DNA from: Candidatus Melainabacteria bacterium 17Bon1m
GTDB taxonomy: Bacteria > Cyanobacteriota > Vampirovibrionia > Obscuribacterales > Obscuribacteraceae
Length of the DNA stretch: 64,000 nt
Assembly: GCA_032128875.1 (NCBI GenBank)
Contig: JAVLKG010000004.1
Span: 96,001-160,000, forward strand
Direction of reading: 5' to 3'
Shown here one piece after another: positions 1 to 8,928 of the stretch (positions are counted from its first letter, which is position 1; every line of letters starts with the position of its first letter). Position numbers and translations under genes: made by a program. The notes beneath the pieces were generated by a model that was not told the origin of the DNA, did no database searches, and saw only the letters and a program-made list of their open reading frames with translations.

Positions 1-1227
1 ATTGTTCAGCGAAACAGGCAGTTTCATCAATGCCGGTTCGATGAAATTGCGCCGCAGCGGACCCGGAACAGTCCGCCAGAGCGCTGCCATCCGGTGCGCC
101 TGGTAGGTCGGGTAACCGCCAAAAAGCTCGTCTCCGCCCTCTCCAGCCAACGCTACGGTGACATCTTGCTTTGTCATTTTCGAAAGGAAGAAAGTTGGGA
201 CTATGGAAGCGTCGGCGATTGGCTCGTCCAGATAATTCCAAAGCTCGGTCATGGTCTCGAAAGCAAGGTCAGGCTTGAAAGTGACGACTTTGTGGTCGCT
301 TACTATATGCTTAGACACTGCCAAAGCGTGCTCGGACTCATCGAAAGAGCGGTCGGCAAAGCCGATAGAAAACGTCTTGATCGGCCGCCCGGTAATTTTT
401 GTGGCGATTGCAGCAATGCCCGAAGAATCGATACCGCCCGAAAGGAAGATACCCAGCGGGACATCGGAGATCAGGCGCAATTCGATGGAGCGCTTGAGCA
501 GTTCCATTAAGCGCTCGGAAGCTTCTTGCTCATTGAGCTTTGTCGGCTCAGGCTTCGGATTCCAATAGTTTTTAATTGAAACTTGTCCGTTTTCAACAAT
601 CAGATAATGCGCCGGCATCAGCTTGTTGATGCCTTTAAAAATTGAACTCGGAGCCGGCACGTATTCCAGTGCCAGGTACTTCATAAGGGCTGCGGGATTG
701 AGTTCACGGCTCACCTTGGGGTGTGCGAGCAAGCCTTTGATTTCCGAGCCGAATACAAACTGTCCGTCGAAAATGCCCCAGTGAAGAGGTTTTTCGCCCA
801 TTCTGTCTCTAGCAATGAAGAGTCTTTGCTTGGCTCTGTCCCAAATTGCAAAGGCGAACATGCCCTCCAGGTGCTGCAAGCAGTCCACTCCGTACTCTTC
901 GTACAAATGGACAATCGACTCTGTATCACTGGAAGTTTTGAACTTGTGACCCTTGGCCAGCAAGTGTTCGCGGATTTCTTTGTAGTTGTAGATTTCGCCA
1001 TTAAAGACAATCCAGGCGCTTTCGTCTGAGTTTGGAATTGGCTGCTGGCCCGTCGAGAGGTCGATGATGCTCAATCTGGTCATGCCAAGAGCAGCAGAAT
1101 CAATGACTATCGAGCCTTGTTCGTCTGGTCCTCGATGGAATATCGAGTGGCACATGGCGCCGATTTGCTCTTTCGAGCCATCCAGCTTTTCGTTGTTGAG
1201 GTTGAGATAGCCTACGATTCCGCACAC
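1..1227 (-). CDS. asnB: Asparagine synthase (glutamine-hydrolysing), runs off the window edge
   Basis: Not in the ORF track because there is no stop in the window. Manual translation from GTG at 1227 gives MCGIVGYLN...HRGPD...RLSIIDL...FNGEIYN...SDTE...GMFAFAIWD...FLSGGIDSS...GEGGDELFGGY. An in-frame ATG lies at 1284 (see findings). Confidence 0.93.
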   Translation of the reverse strand, partial: MCGIVGYLNLNNEKLDGSKEQIGAMCHSIFHRGPDEQGSIVIDSAALGMTRLSIIDLSTGQQPIPNSDESAWIVFNGEIYNYKEIREHLLAKGHKFKTSSDTESIVHLYEEYGVDCLQHLEGMFAFAIWDRAKQRLFIARDRMGEKPLHWGIFDGQFVFGSEIKGLLAHPKVSRELNPAALMKYLALEYVPAPSSIFKGINKLMPAHYLIVENGQVSIKNYWNPKPEPTKLNEQEASERLMELLKRSIELRLISDVPLGIFLSGGIDSSGIAAIATKITGRPIKTFSIGFADRSFDESEHALAVSKHIVSDHKVVTFKPDLAFETMTELWNYLDEPIADASIVPTFFLSKMTKQDVTVALAGEGGDELFGGYPTYQAHRMAALWRTVPGPLRRNFIEPALMKLPVSLNN

Positions 1228-1538
1228 GTTTGTTTCCGCCCGTTTGTCTGGATTTGCCGTTAGTGGCTGTTTTGCCACCGCCATATTGTCCCTTGTGAGA
1301 GCAAATATGGCATTAGACGGGCTTTCAGCAACAAGTTTCGTTTATTAAATGTCTGAAAGCGCCAGAGTACTAGCATTTGCGAGAATGTGCCTATATCGGG
1401 TACATATGTATTATCGGCGCCGAGATTTAATCTTTTCTGGGCTCGAAATTTTGAACTTTTTTGTCACTGGATACGTATTCAAAGATATGACCCCCCTGAC
1501 GGGCATGTATCCCTTCCACATCTGGAGCCAGTCAGTTG

Positions 1539-2606
1539 ATGAAACGAAATCTCTTAAGCCTGGCTGCGTTGGCGCTTCTAGCGATACCGCAAGCTAATGC
1601 TGTGCCCTTGATTAAGGGCGATGAGGCCTCTTACCGAGTAAGAGAGCTCTCTACAGGAATGAATTGGTACACCAATCTGCCGATGGCGCTTCAAGAAGGC
1701 GCACGTACCGGCAAGCTTGTTGTTTGGATTCATATGTTGGGCAAAATCGACGGCGCCACTTGAAGTGCCGGAAATTCGCTGAGAGCCGTGTCGCTCTCGC
1801 AGGAACCAGCTTTCTCTTATTTGAAAGATAATTTTGTAGTCGGATACAAGGACATTACCGGTGCATCGTATGCAGGTGTGTCCGGGGTCCACATGCCCAC
1901 CGGCAATGCGGTGAGCACGACCAACGGTGCGGGTCCGCATAACTTGCAGACATTTGTTCTTGCACCTGATGGCACTGTTATGACTTGCCTGCCTGGCTAT
2001 TGGTCGCCACAGGATTTGGTCTCTGAGCTAAAACTCGGACAAGATATCTACAAAGTCTGGAATGACAGATATTTGTCGAAAGCTGAAAAGGACGCACGCT
2101 TCCGGCAGATGCAGCAAGATCATTTCCGCACCCATTCGCCTCAAGAGCAAAGAAGAAGCCGCATGCAAGGTTTTGACATGAAGTACGAAGCGAAAAATCG
2201 TTTGCAGACTTCAGATTGCATTCTTGATTCTCGAATGGCCAGCGTTGTTCTGCAAAAGGGCATGAAAGCACCACCGGGCGCATTCAAGACAACAGATCAA
2301 ATCATGCACGACCGCATGAGCCAAAGACCGTTTTTAAACTACCAAAATTTTGATGTGGTTGCATACACGGACTACGGCAGACCCTTCTACAACAAGAATG
2401 AGGACCAGCGCACTGCCAGTGGTGAGGTCAATAAAGATCTCGCAAGAGCGCAGCCTCTTATGGGGAATGTCAATGAATTGCCCGGAGCTGCCAAACGAGC
2501 ACGCAGACAGCAACGGCAACAAATGGCCGGCTCAAGGATGATGAATCGCGCCGGCGGCTATCTTGCAAGAAGAGGAGTTCAGACTTTCGTGCGCGCAATG
2601 CGCTAG
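1539..2606 (+). CDS. Putative exported selenoprotein, SelN-like thioredoxin fold, in-frame UGA at codon 75 (355 aa if read through)
   Basis: ORFs 1536-1763 and 1788-2606 share a frame, and the 8 codons between them are open (SAGNSLRA). Signal peptide MKRNLLSLAALALLAIPQANA. Motif LGKIDGAT*SAGNSLR. Hairpin directly downstream of the TGA. Confidence 0.75.
1764..1807 (+). promoter_or_regulatory. Candidate bacterial SECIS element
   Basis: GAGAGC(1781-86)/loop CGTGTC/GCTCTC(1793-98), extendable by CT/AG and TTC/GAA. The loop starts 23 nt after the UGA and has G at position 2, which fits the general bacterial SECIS geometry. Confidence 0.65.
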
Positions 2607-2613
2607 CTACACC

Positions 2614-2663
2614 GTAGGGTGGCATATATGCCGCCCTGTGCAGGGAGCCGCATGCGGCTCCCT
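2614..2663. repeat. REP doublet (REPIN-like)
   Basis: GTAG-GGTGGCATATATGCCGCCC followed by the perfect palindrome AGGGAGCCGCATGCGGCTCCCT. Near-identical units at 12814 and 30511. Confidence 0.85.
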
Positions 2664-2706
2664 TTCGCGTGCAACGAAATGCCGTCATTTGTTAGACTAT
2701 CTAGCT

Positions 2707-3288
2707 GTGAGCGTTCGTACGAAACTAACTAGAGATTTCTTTGCGCGGCCGACTGTTGAGGTGGCGCCGGAACTGCTCGGCATTACTTTGGTCAGGAAAA
2801 TGCCTGACGGAAGTGAAGTACGTGCGCCCATTGTTGAGGTCGAAGCATATACCGAAGACGACCCGGCCTGCCACGCTTATCGCGGGCTAACCGAACGGTG
2901 CAGAGTAATGTTTGGTCCTCCGGGATTTTCGTATGTTTACTTCATTTACGGCATGTATTTTTGCTTGAATGTTGTCACTGAGGTCGAAGGTACTCCCGGA
3001 GCAATTTTGATTAGAGCGCTGGGAGCCCCTGGTTGTGAGGGGCCGGGAAAGCTCTGCAGACAATGGGAAATAGACCGTTCTTTGAATGCGATTGATTTGC
3101 TTGATCCGAATTCTCCAATTTATTTAGAAGCCGGCACCAAATACAGTGCAAGACAAATTAGTGTTACTGAGCGCATTGGGCTTACCGTCGCGACAGAAAG
3201 GCTCTGGCGATTTTTTGTGACAGATCATCCCCACGTCTCTGGAAAGCGTAGTGGCACACGTTCGCGTAAATCGGTGGCGAAGCGATGA
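2707..3288 (+). CDS. mpg: DNA-3-methyladenine glycosylase (AAG/MPG family)
   Basis: FFARPTVEVAPELLG, IVEVEAY, DPACHAY, YVYFIYGMYFCLNVV, GPGKLC, RIG, LWRF. GTG start chosen because the longer ORF crosses the REP. Confidence 0.93.
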   Translation: MSVRTKLTRDFFARPTVEVAPELLGITLVRKMPDGSEVRAPIVEVEAYTEDDPACHAYRGLTERCRVMFGPPGFSYVYFIYGMYFCLNVVTEVEGTPGAILIRALGAPGCEGPGKLCRQWEIDRSLNAIDLLDPNSPIYLEAGTKYSARQISVTERIGLTVATERLWRFFVTDHPHVSGKRSGTRSRKSVAKR

Positions 3289-3710
3289 CAGCATTGCCAA
3301 CAACTAGTCTCCGCAAACCAGTGATTGCATGGGCCGCTGTTGCCGTCTGGATCATTGTGATTTTTCTTTTTTCGCATCAGGCCAATTCTGGCGCAATTAC
3401 TGAAACGTACCTGCATGATGCGAATGTTCCAATTCGCAAGCTTGCGCATCTTACAGAATATGCCGTTCTCTTCTGTCTGAGCCGTTTTGCTCTGTCACAA
3501 AGCGCTTTTTCTTCGACTTGGGGAAACACGCGCTTGAGCATTGGCGCTTACGTGTTTACGCTTGCCAATGCGCTATTTGATGAGTGGCATCAGTCGTTTG
3601 TACCAGGACGAAGTGCGACGCTGTCGGACGCCACCGTTGACATGTGCGGCGCAATGCTTGCGTGGGTTGCGATTTACATTCTTCTCAAAGTGAAGAGTTC
3701 TCGCCGCTAG
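3285..3710 (+). CDS. VanZ-family membrane protein
   Basis: RKLAHLTEYAVL, DEWHQSFVPGR, D...D in the last TM helix. ATGA overlap with mpg. Confidence 0.88.
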   Translation: MTALPTTSLRKPVIAWAAVAVWIIVIFLFSHQANSGAITETYLHDANVPIRKLAHLTEYAVLFCLSRFALSQSAFSSTWGNTRLSIGAYVFTLANALFDEWHQSFVPGRSATLSDATVDMCGAMLAWVAIYILLKVKSSRR

Positions 3711-3843
3711 CAAAAACACTCTCGGCAACAGCTTTCGCAAGTTTTGCAGGACTTGAAGCATTTCAACTAACACTAGTCTCATTGACGCATGTGAAATGAG
3801 AAAGCTAAACTATTGAACTGTTTTTGTGCGTGGGGACTGAAGT

Positions 3844-4785
3844 ATGGAATCAATGGAAGCCGGAAAGTTGGCGATCGTTTTTCCCGGGCATGGCGCTCAT
3901 GAACCAAACATGCTTGATGGGTTGATTCCGAACAAGAAGTTTGATGATTACTATGCCTGTATCGTTGATGCCATTGGATTTGCACCACTGGAAGCTATGC
4001 AGCGAGATCCTTGCCTGGTCAACAGTCATTCGTTAAGCACACTTTTGACTATGTTAGCGAGTGCGCTTTCTTATCTGAAATTCGTCGAAGTGCAAGGAAT
4101 GTTGCCCGATTACTTAGCCGGTTATAGCATCGGCGAATTCACTGCATTGCATGCTGCTGGATGCTTTGATTTTGCGCATCTTGTCTCACTTATTAAAGTC
4201 CGCTCTTCAATCATCGATGAGACATTACAGACGACACCCGGCTCGATGTTAGGCATTGTCGGGACAGGTCTTGCCGCAGTCGAGACGGTGGTCAACGAAC
4301 TCACATCCGAAGGGCACCAGATTTACATAAGTAATTACAATTGCGCAGGTCAGTATTCGCTGTCAGGCAGCCATGAAGGAATAAAGGAAGCTTTAGTCAG
4401 ATTGGCTGTTCTAAAGCCAAAGCGTTTGTTGGAACTGCCCGTCGCCGGGCCGTGGCACTGCCCACTATTGTCTGAAGCACAGTTGAAGATCGCTGAGCAT
4501 TTGCGCAGATGTGATTGGAAAGAGCCACAAATACCGGTAATCGATAATGTTACTGGTGAATTGCTGCCCAAGGATGTTGCGGGCATCAAAGAACAAGTCA
4601 TAAAGCAGGTTACCGCTCCTGTTAAGTGGGACACAGGCATCAAGACACTGGTCAAACTCGGATGCAATCGCTTCGTTGAAGTGGGATATGGAAATGTTTT
4701 GACTAAATTCGGATTTTTCATCGATCGAAATGCCGATTTCTCTCACTACTACGGAGACGATCGAGTGGAGACTGCCTCAGTCTAG
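3844..4785 (+). CDS. FabD-like ACP S-acyltransferase (divergent paralog)
   Basis: FPGHG, GYSIGE (GHSxGE elbow), SNYN...QYSLSG, LPVAGPWHCP, QVTAPVKW, FVEVGYG. Confidence 0.85.
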   Translation: MESMEAGKLAIVFPGHGAHEPNMLDGLIPNKKFDDYYACIVDAIGFAPLEAMQRDPCLVNSHSLSTLLTMLASALSYLKFVEVQGMLPDYLAGYSIGEFTALHAAGCFDFAHLVSLIKVRSSIIDETLQTTPGSMLGIVGTGLAAVETVVNELTSEGHQIYISNYNCAGQYSLSGSHEGIKEALVRLAVLKPKRLLELPVAGPWHCPLLSEAQLKIAEHLRRCDWKEPQIPVIDNVTGELLPKDVAGIKEQVIKQVTAPVKWDTGIKTLVKLGCNRFVEVGYGNVLTKFGFFIDRNADFSHYYGDDRVETASV

Positions 4786-4824
4786 GAATTCACTATCTTT
4801 TAGCTGCATTGGAGAGAAATAGCT

Positions 4825-5622
4825 GTGTCAGTCATTCAGACTTATTCAAAGTTGGCATCAAAGTATGAAAGTCGTGAAAATCTCACCTCTCTTTGGGGAA
4901 AGATCACCGAGCGGACATTTTGCGCATTGCAGCTCAAAGAAAAACCAACATTGGTGGTAGAGGTTGGCTGCGGACCGGGGCTGGAACTCGCGAGTTTGGT
5001 CGAGTCGAGCAACGTCGATGTTCAATTTATTGGTGTAGAGCCTGCAGAAAATTTGCGCATTAGCGCTAATGAAAAACTGAAAGCATTTAGTAATGCCGAA
5101 GTGCTGGATGGAAAGTTTGAAGAGCTACCCTTGAAGTCGGCTTCAGTAGACCATCTCTACAGCATCCTTGCTTTTCACTGGACCAAGGATTTGCATAAAT
5201 CCGTACAAGAACTCGCCAGAGTATTGAAGCCCGACGGCCACATGGATCTGCTCTTTATTGGCAAAGATGCCGGCAAAGATTTTTTGAAAAAGATATCTCC
5301 TATCTATTTCAAAAAACTTTCTGCCAGGCAAGTCTTGGACATGGCGTCCGAAAGGCAGCGCCTGACTGCAGAAGAAGTAGAAGAAGCGTTTCGTCCATTT
5401 TTCGCTGATCGGAAATTGGAGATAAAGGAGACGTTTGAGACCTTCTACGACACACTGGAAGGGCATTGGAGTTGGTGGTGTCGTATTGAAGGGCAGTTTG
5501 CCACCATGTCTGCTGAGACACGAAAAGAGTGTGATGATGCAGCTCGTGAGGCTCTCAAGTCGTTGGAAACAGTAGACGGAATTCCTTATACCGCACATCT
5601 TTTCCACGTCAGCGTTAGATAG
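4825..5622 (+). CDS. Class I SAM-dependent methyltransferase (BioC/Tam-like)
   Basis: VVEVGCGPG, GVEP, LPLKSASVD, AFHW, ARVLKPDG. Confidence 0.85.
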   Translation: MSVIQTYSKLASKYESRENLTSLWGKITERTFCALQLKEKPTLVVEVGCGPGLELASLVESSNVDVQFIGVEPAENLRISANEKLKAFSNAEVLDGKFEELPLKSASVDHLYSILAFHWTKDLHKSVQELARVLKPDGHMDLLFIGKDAGKDFLKKISPIYFKKLSARQVLDMASERQRLTAEEVEEAFRPFFADRKLEIKETFETFYDTLEGHWSWWCRIEGQFATMSAETRKECDDAAREALKSLETVDGIPYTAHLFHVSVR

Positions 5623-5662
5623 AAAGTCCAGCGACAGAAAGCGAAGCATTAGAATGCGGAGC

Positions 5663-5693
5663 GTTGGAGCGATGCTATGTATCGCTCGGTTTT
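5663..5693 (+). repeat. Hairpin: terminator or diverged REP
   Basis: GTTG + GAGCGATGC-TAT-GTATCGCTC + GGTTTT. Same foot + 9 bp stem + 3 nt loop layout as the REP at 22611. Confidence 0.45.
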
Positions 5694-5891
5694 AATCCGA
5701 CGGGTAATTGTCGATTATCTCTGTTCTAGGCCCCCTCGTATCGCCCGATCGGGTGATCTCTGCAGCATAAATGCCAGCTACAAACATTTCACTATTCAAG
5801 AGATATTCTGTCGTTTTTGCGAGGAACAAACCATTTAGGAACTACGAGAATCTTTCTGCCAATTTTTGAACGAAGGCGTTCAGGGGGGCGT

Positions 5892-6797
5892 ATGAATCAA
5901 GAACAGGGTGAAGTATTCAACCAGATCAGACGGCGTCAGACCGAAGATCTTAGCCGAAGAATTCTTTCTTCACTGAATACGTCATTTGTAGGCGACCAAA
6001 CTATGGCGTGGTTGAAGAATGTCAATGAAAACGTAGATTCCGCACCTTCTGCTACTGCGACGCTGGAAGATCCGCTTTGCCAGTTGAGCATGGTTATGTT
6101 GATGGATACTCTCTTTGATGACTTCAACAGATATGCCTATCAATATAATCAGACTGAAGAAAATCGCTCCTTTGTTGTTACTTGCATGCGCCCAACCGGA
6201 GACGGCATCAAGGATCCCAGCAATTTTTATCAAGGTTTTTTGCAAAACAGTGTCTGGGGAATGTGCGTTCGAGGCGACACGAAATCAGTTCTTTTCTCAT
6301 TCATACCGCCAAAGTTTCTCTATGAGGACGAGAAAAATCGCCCTGCAATTCCTGCTTTTGTCGAGCTTGCCATTCAGATGTTCAATGAAGGTCCTGGCTG
6401 GTCTGTTGATGGAAAGCCGCTTCGAAACTCGCAAATCTCAGCTCTGTCAAAAAAGATTTTCGCTCGTTTAGTGCGTGTTTCGCGTGGCGATGTTAGCGAG
6501 ACAGAACCGCTAAAGTTTGATGCTGTTGCTGAAAAAGCAGAAGAGCAGTCGATAGCTGGTGGTGTTGCTGCTCCAGTGCAGAGCCCTGCTGAGACGATCA
6601 CTTTTTCACTGCTTGCTGTGATGGATGCAATAGATGCAGAAATTGTCGGCTTGCAGCAAGAAGGCATGAAAAGTATGCGTTCTGGTGGCATGGACGCAGT
6701 CATGCCGATCATGAAACGAGCCGAGGCTATGAAAGCTTTGAGAGAAAGCACAGCCAGTGTTGCGCGTGATTGGGCAAAATTGCTGCAAGGTGGCTAA
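5892..6797 (+). CDS. Hypothetical protein
   Basis: Long ORF with AGGGGG before ATG 5892 and a helical C-terminus. No family recognised. Confidence 0.7.
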   Translation: MNQEQGEVFNQIRRRQTEDLSRRILSSLNTSFVGDQTMAWLKNVNENVDSAPSATATLEDPLCQLSMVMLMDTLFDDFNRYAYQYNQTEENRSFVVTCMRPTGDGIKDPSNFYQGFLQNSVWGMCVRGDTKSVLFSFIPPKFLYEDEKNRPAIPAFVELAIQMFNEGPGWSVDGKPLRNSQISALSKKIFARLVRVSRGDVSETEPLKFDAVAEKAEEQSIAGGVAAPVQSPAETITFSLLAVMDAIDAEIVGLQQEGMKSMRSGGMDAVMPIMKRAEAMKALRESTASVARDWAKLLQGG

Positions 6798-6819
6798 TGA
6801 CGAACATTTGCTTCGACTA

Positions 6820-7341
6820 TCATTTTGCTTGACGTTCTGGATAATAGGTCACGCTTACCAGCTGGACATCAGTGTTCTCGATGGCTTTACTGCCGGATGG
6901 CGCTTTCGCTTGCGATCGTATGTCATATGAGAATTTCGCGCTGGACAGTCTTCGCCCGCTGAGGCAACCCTGAGTAGTTCGCACTCTTGTTTCTTGCCAG
7001 TCTTCGTTTGAAATACTGATTGTCACAAGCTTTCCTGCGTCCCAAACAGACACCTTATTCCAACCCTCAATGTTGTTGCCGTTTTTTTCCGAGGGATTCT
7101 CAAAACTTAAAAAGCTCAGTCCGAAAAATCGTATACCACACGAGACATGCTCGGTAATTTTCTTCATTTCACTGCTTTTGAGTGAAATGCTCTCGGCATC
7201 AGCGTGTTGTCCAATTAGAACAATGCCGCCAACCAAGACTAAGTAACGGAATGCAGTCTTCGTAAGGTTCTTCGTTGTATTCATTAGTCGATATGATTTC
7301 GATATGTGATGTATGGCTGAAATATCTTTATTATCCAGCAA
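6820..7341 (-). CDS. Hypothetical exported protein
   Basis: Hydrophobic segment YLVLVGGIVLIGQHADA. Start uncertain and may be a downstream ATG. Confidence 0.55.
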   Translation of the reverse strand: MLDNKDISAIHHISKSYRLMNTTKNLTKTAFRYLVLVGGIVLIGQHADAESISLKSSEMKKITEHVSCGIRFFGLSFLSFENPSEKNGNNIEGWNKVSVWDAGKLVTISISNEDWQETRVRTTQGCLSGRRLSSAKFSYDIRSQAKAPSGSKAIENTDVQLVSVTYYPERQAK

Positions 7342-7521
7342 TCAGGGAGCCTGTAACCCCATTACATGTTGCACACTTTTCAGGCGAAATAACCGGCCAT
7401 TCTGACTGTTAAAATTAAGGTAGATAGTTTGTGGAAGTGCGCCTGTTTTAGGCTGAGTACCTAATAAATACGCGGCTATTTGCACTCGGTCTGGTTTTTA
7501 CCAGAATCAGAGGCTCAGCTT

Positions 7522-7767
7522 ATGAGTTTACATACAGATAAATTCGAGCAATCGGTGAGAGATGGGCGCTTCACCGATGCGGAAATTCAATGCAAAGGAT
7601 TCCTTCGAGCGAAGGAGCATAGTGACTACGACAACATCACGTTGATGTCTGTCTTGTATTGCCTGGCACAGGCTTTGGAAGGTCAAGGCAAAATCGGTGA
7701 GGCCTACGACACTCGCCTCAAAGTTCGGCAATTATTGACTGCGCAAGTGTCTCTTCAAACTTTTTGA
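7522..7767 (+). CDS. Small TPR-like protein
   Basis: GRFTDAE...LYCLAQALEGQGKIGEA. GAGG upstream of the ATG. Confidence 0.6.
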   Translation: MSLHTDKFEQSVRDGRFTDAEIQCKGFLRAKEHSDYDNITLMSVLYCLAQALEGQGKIGEAYDTRLKVRQLLTAQVSLQTF

Positions 7768-7768
7768 G

Positions 7769-8836
7769 TTATTCGTGTGTTCCGGCAGTCAAATCTTTCT
7801 GTTCGATCACTTGCAGATTGTTGTCGGCGGTTTGGGCCACTTTCAGCTTCAGGTGAACTGGGCTGCTCATCTTGTTGTCTGCACTCACGAGTTCGGCAAA
7901 AATGTCGACATCTTTTGTCGTCTCATTCACTCGTTCTTGCGAAACCTTGGTGATCAAAACAGTTTGATTCTGCGGCAGACTGGCTAACTGTTTTCTCGAC
8001 AGTGGGAAATTGGTTTCTTGCCAGTAGTTGTCCAGCAACTCAGGATTCATTACTGACATAGCTTGAACCTGTGACATTCGGTAGCTTGACGGCCCGAAGT
8101 CCAACATGTTGGATACGAATGTGCGGGCAAACTTGTCTACTTTGGTGTCGGATAACGGTGCTGCGGCGAGCACATCTGGCTTGGGCTCTGACTTTTCTGC
8201 CGGTTTGAATACGGCGAACAATGCTCCGCCCAGACCCACTACGACACAAGTTGCCACCATTGCTAGTGCCAGCTTCTTTGCACCAGGAGGAACTGCAATT
8301 GCTTTTGTCTTGCGCTGTTTTCTGGCGGCACGACGAGCTTCTGGAGTAGGCTCATCCATCATGAATTTATCCCAGCGGGATGATGGAGAAGGCTCCTGAG
8401 AGGGGTCGCCAGATTCGTATTGATCTAATTGATTATAGGCGTCCAGTTCGCTAGCCGAGGCTGCCGGCTCTGGTTTTGCTTCTGCCTTCGATGATGAAAG
8501 AGTGTTGATCCAGTTGTCTATGTCACGGGCAAAGCTCTTCTTGCGTCCATTGCCGTTGCCATTTCCTGCGCTGCTTTCGGCAGTGTCAGTTTGACCATCA
8601 GACAAAATGCGAGCCAGCTTGAGCGATTCGTCTTGTGTTAGAAGAATTGAACTGGATGGAGGAGTGCCAATGCGGCGCTTTACAGACAACGCCAGACGGG
8701 CTTCTAATCTTTTAATGACAACAAGGAAACCAGATTGTGTGTCAACGACACGTTCTGTCGTTACCGGCGAATCTGCTATCGCATCTTGAGCATCATTTTG
8801 TGTTGATGTCGTCGCGTAATCGTCAGAATAGCTCAC
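7769..8836 (-). CDS. Bitopic membrane protein with a possible VirB8/NTF2-like C-terminal domain
   Basis: Small N-terminal domain, acidic linker, TM helix (LALAMVATCVVVGLGGALFAVF), then KFARTFVSNMLDF...YW followed by beta strands. Confidence 0.7.
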   Translation of the reverse strand: MSYSDDYATTSTQNDAQDAIADSPVTTERVVDTQSGFLVVIKRLEARLALSVKRRIGTPPSSSILLTQDESLKLARILSDGQTDTAESSAGNGNGNGRKKSFARDIDNWINTLSSSKAEAKPEPAASASELDAYNQLDQYESGDPSQEPSPSSRWDKFMMDEPTPEARRAARKQRKTKAIAVPPGAKKLALAMVATCVVVGLGGALFAVFKPAEKSEPKPDVLAAAPLSDTKVDKFARTFVSNMLDFGPSSYRMSQVQAMSVMNPELLDNYWQETNFPLSRKQLASLPQNQTVLITKVSQERVNETTKDVDIFAELVSADNKMSSPVHLKLKVAQTADNNLQVIEQKDLTAGTHE

Positions 8837-8889
8837 AATCTTACCCCCATATTCTTTTTGGAACCCTGCTGGAACCCTATAAGTTGAGT

Positions 8890-8917
8890 GCGCCCGAGCT
8901 GTCTGTAGCTCGGGCGC
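8890..8917. terminator. Strong hairpin downstream of the sigma factor gene
   Basis: GCGCCCGAGCT-gtctgt-AGCTCGGGCGC (11 bp). The T-run is on the + side, so it is a weak intrinsic terminator for the - strand gene. Confidence 0.5.
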
Positions 8918-8928
8918 CTCGGTTTTTT

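Noticed and set aside
94-1029. Short ORFs in the track over the first kb
   Set aside because: They are antisense or off-frame shadows of asnB, which the track missed because it lacks a stop in the window.
1536-2606. Genome-wide UGA reassignment (code 4 or 25) as the explanation for the in-frame TGA
   Set aside because: TGA is a normal stop elsewhere in the window, e.g. mpg at 3286-3288 overlapping the next ATG, and the regulator ending at 28164.
2563-2706. Long N-terminus for mpg
   Set aside because: It overlaps the upstream gene and reads through a REP doublet. Family similarity starts near GTG 2707.
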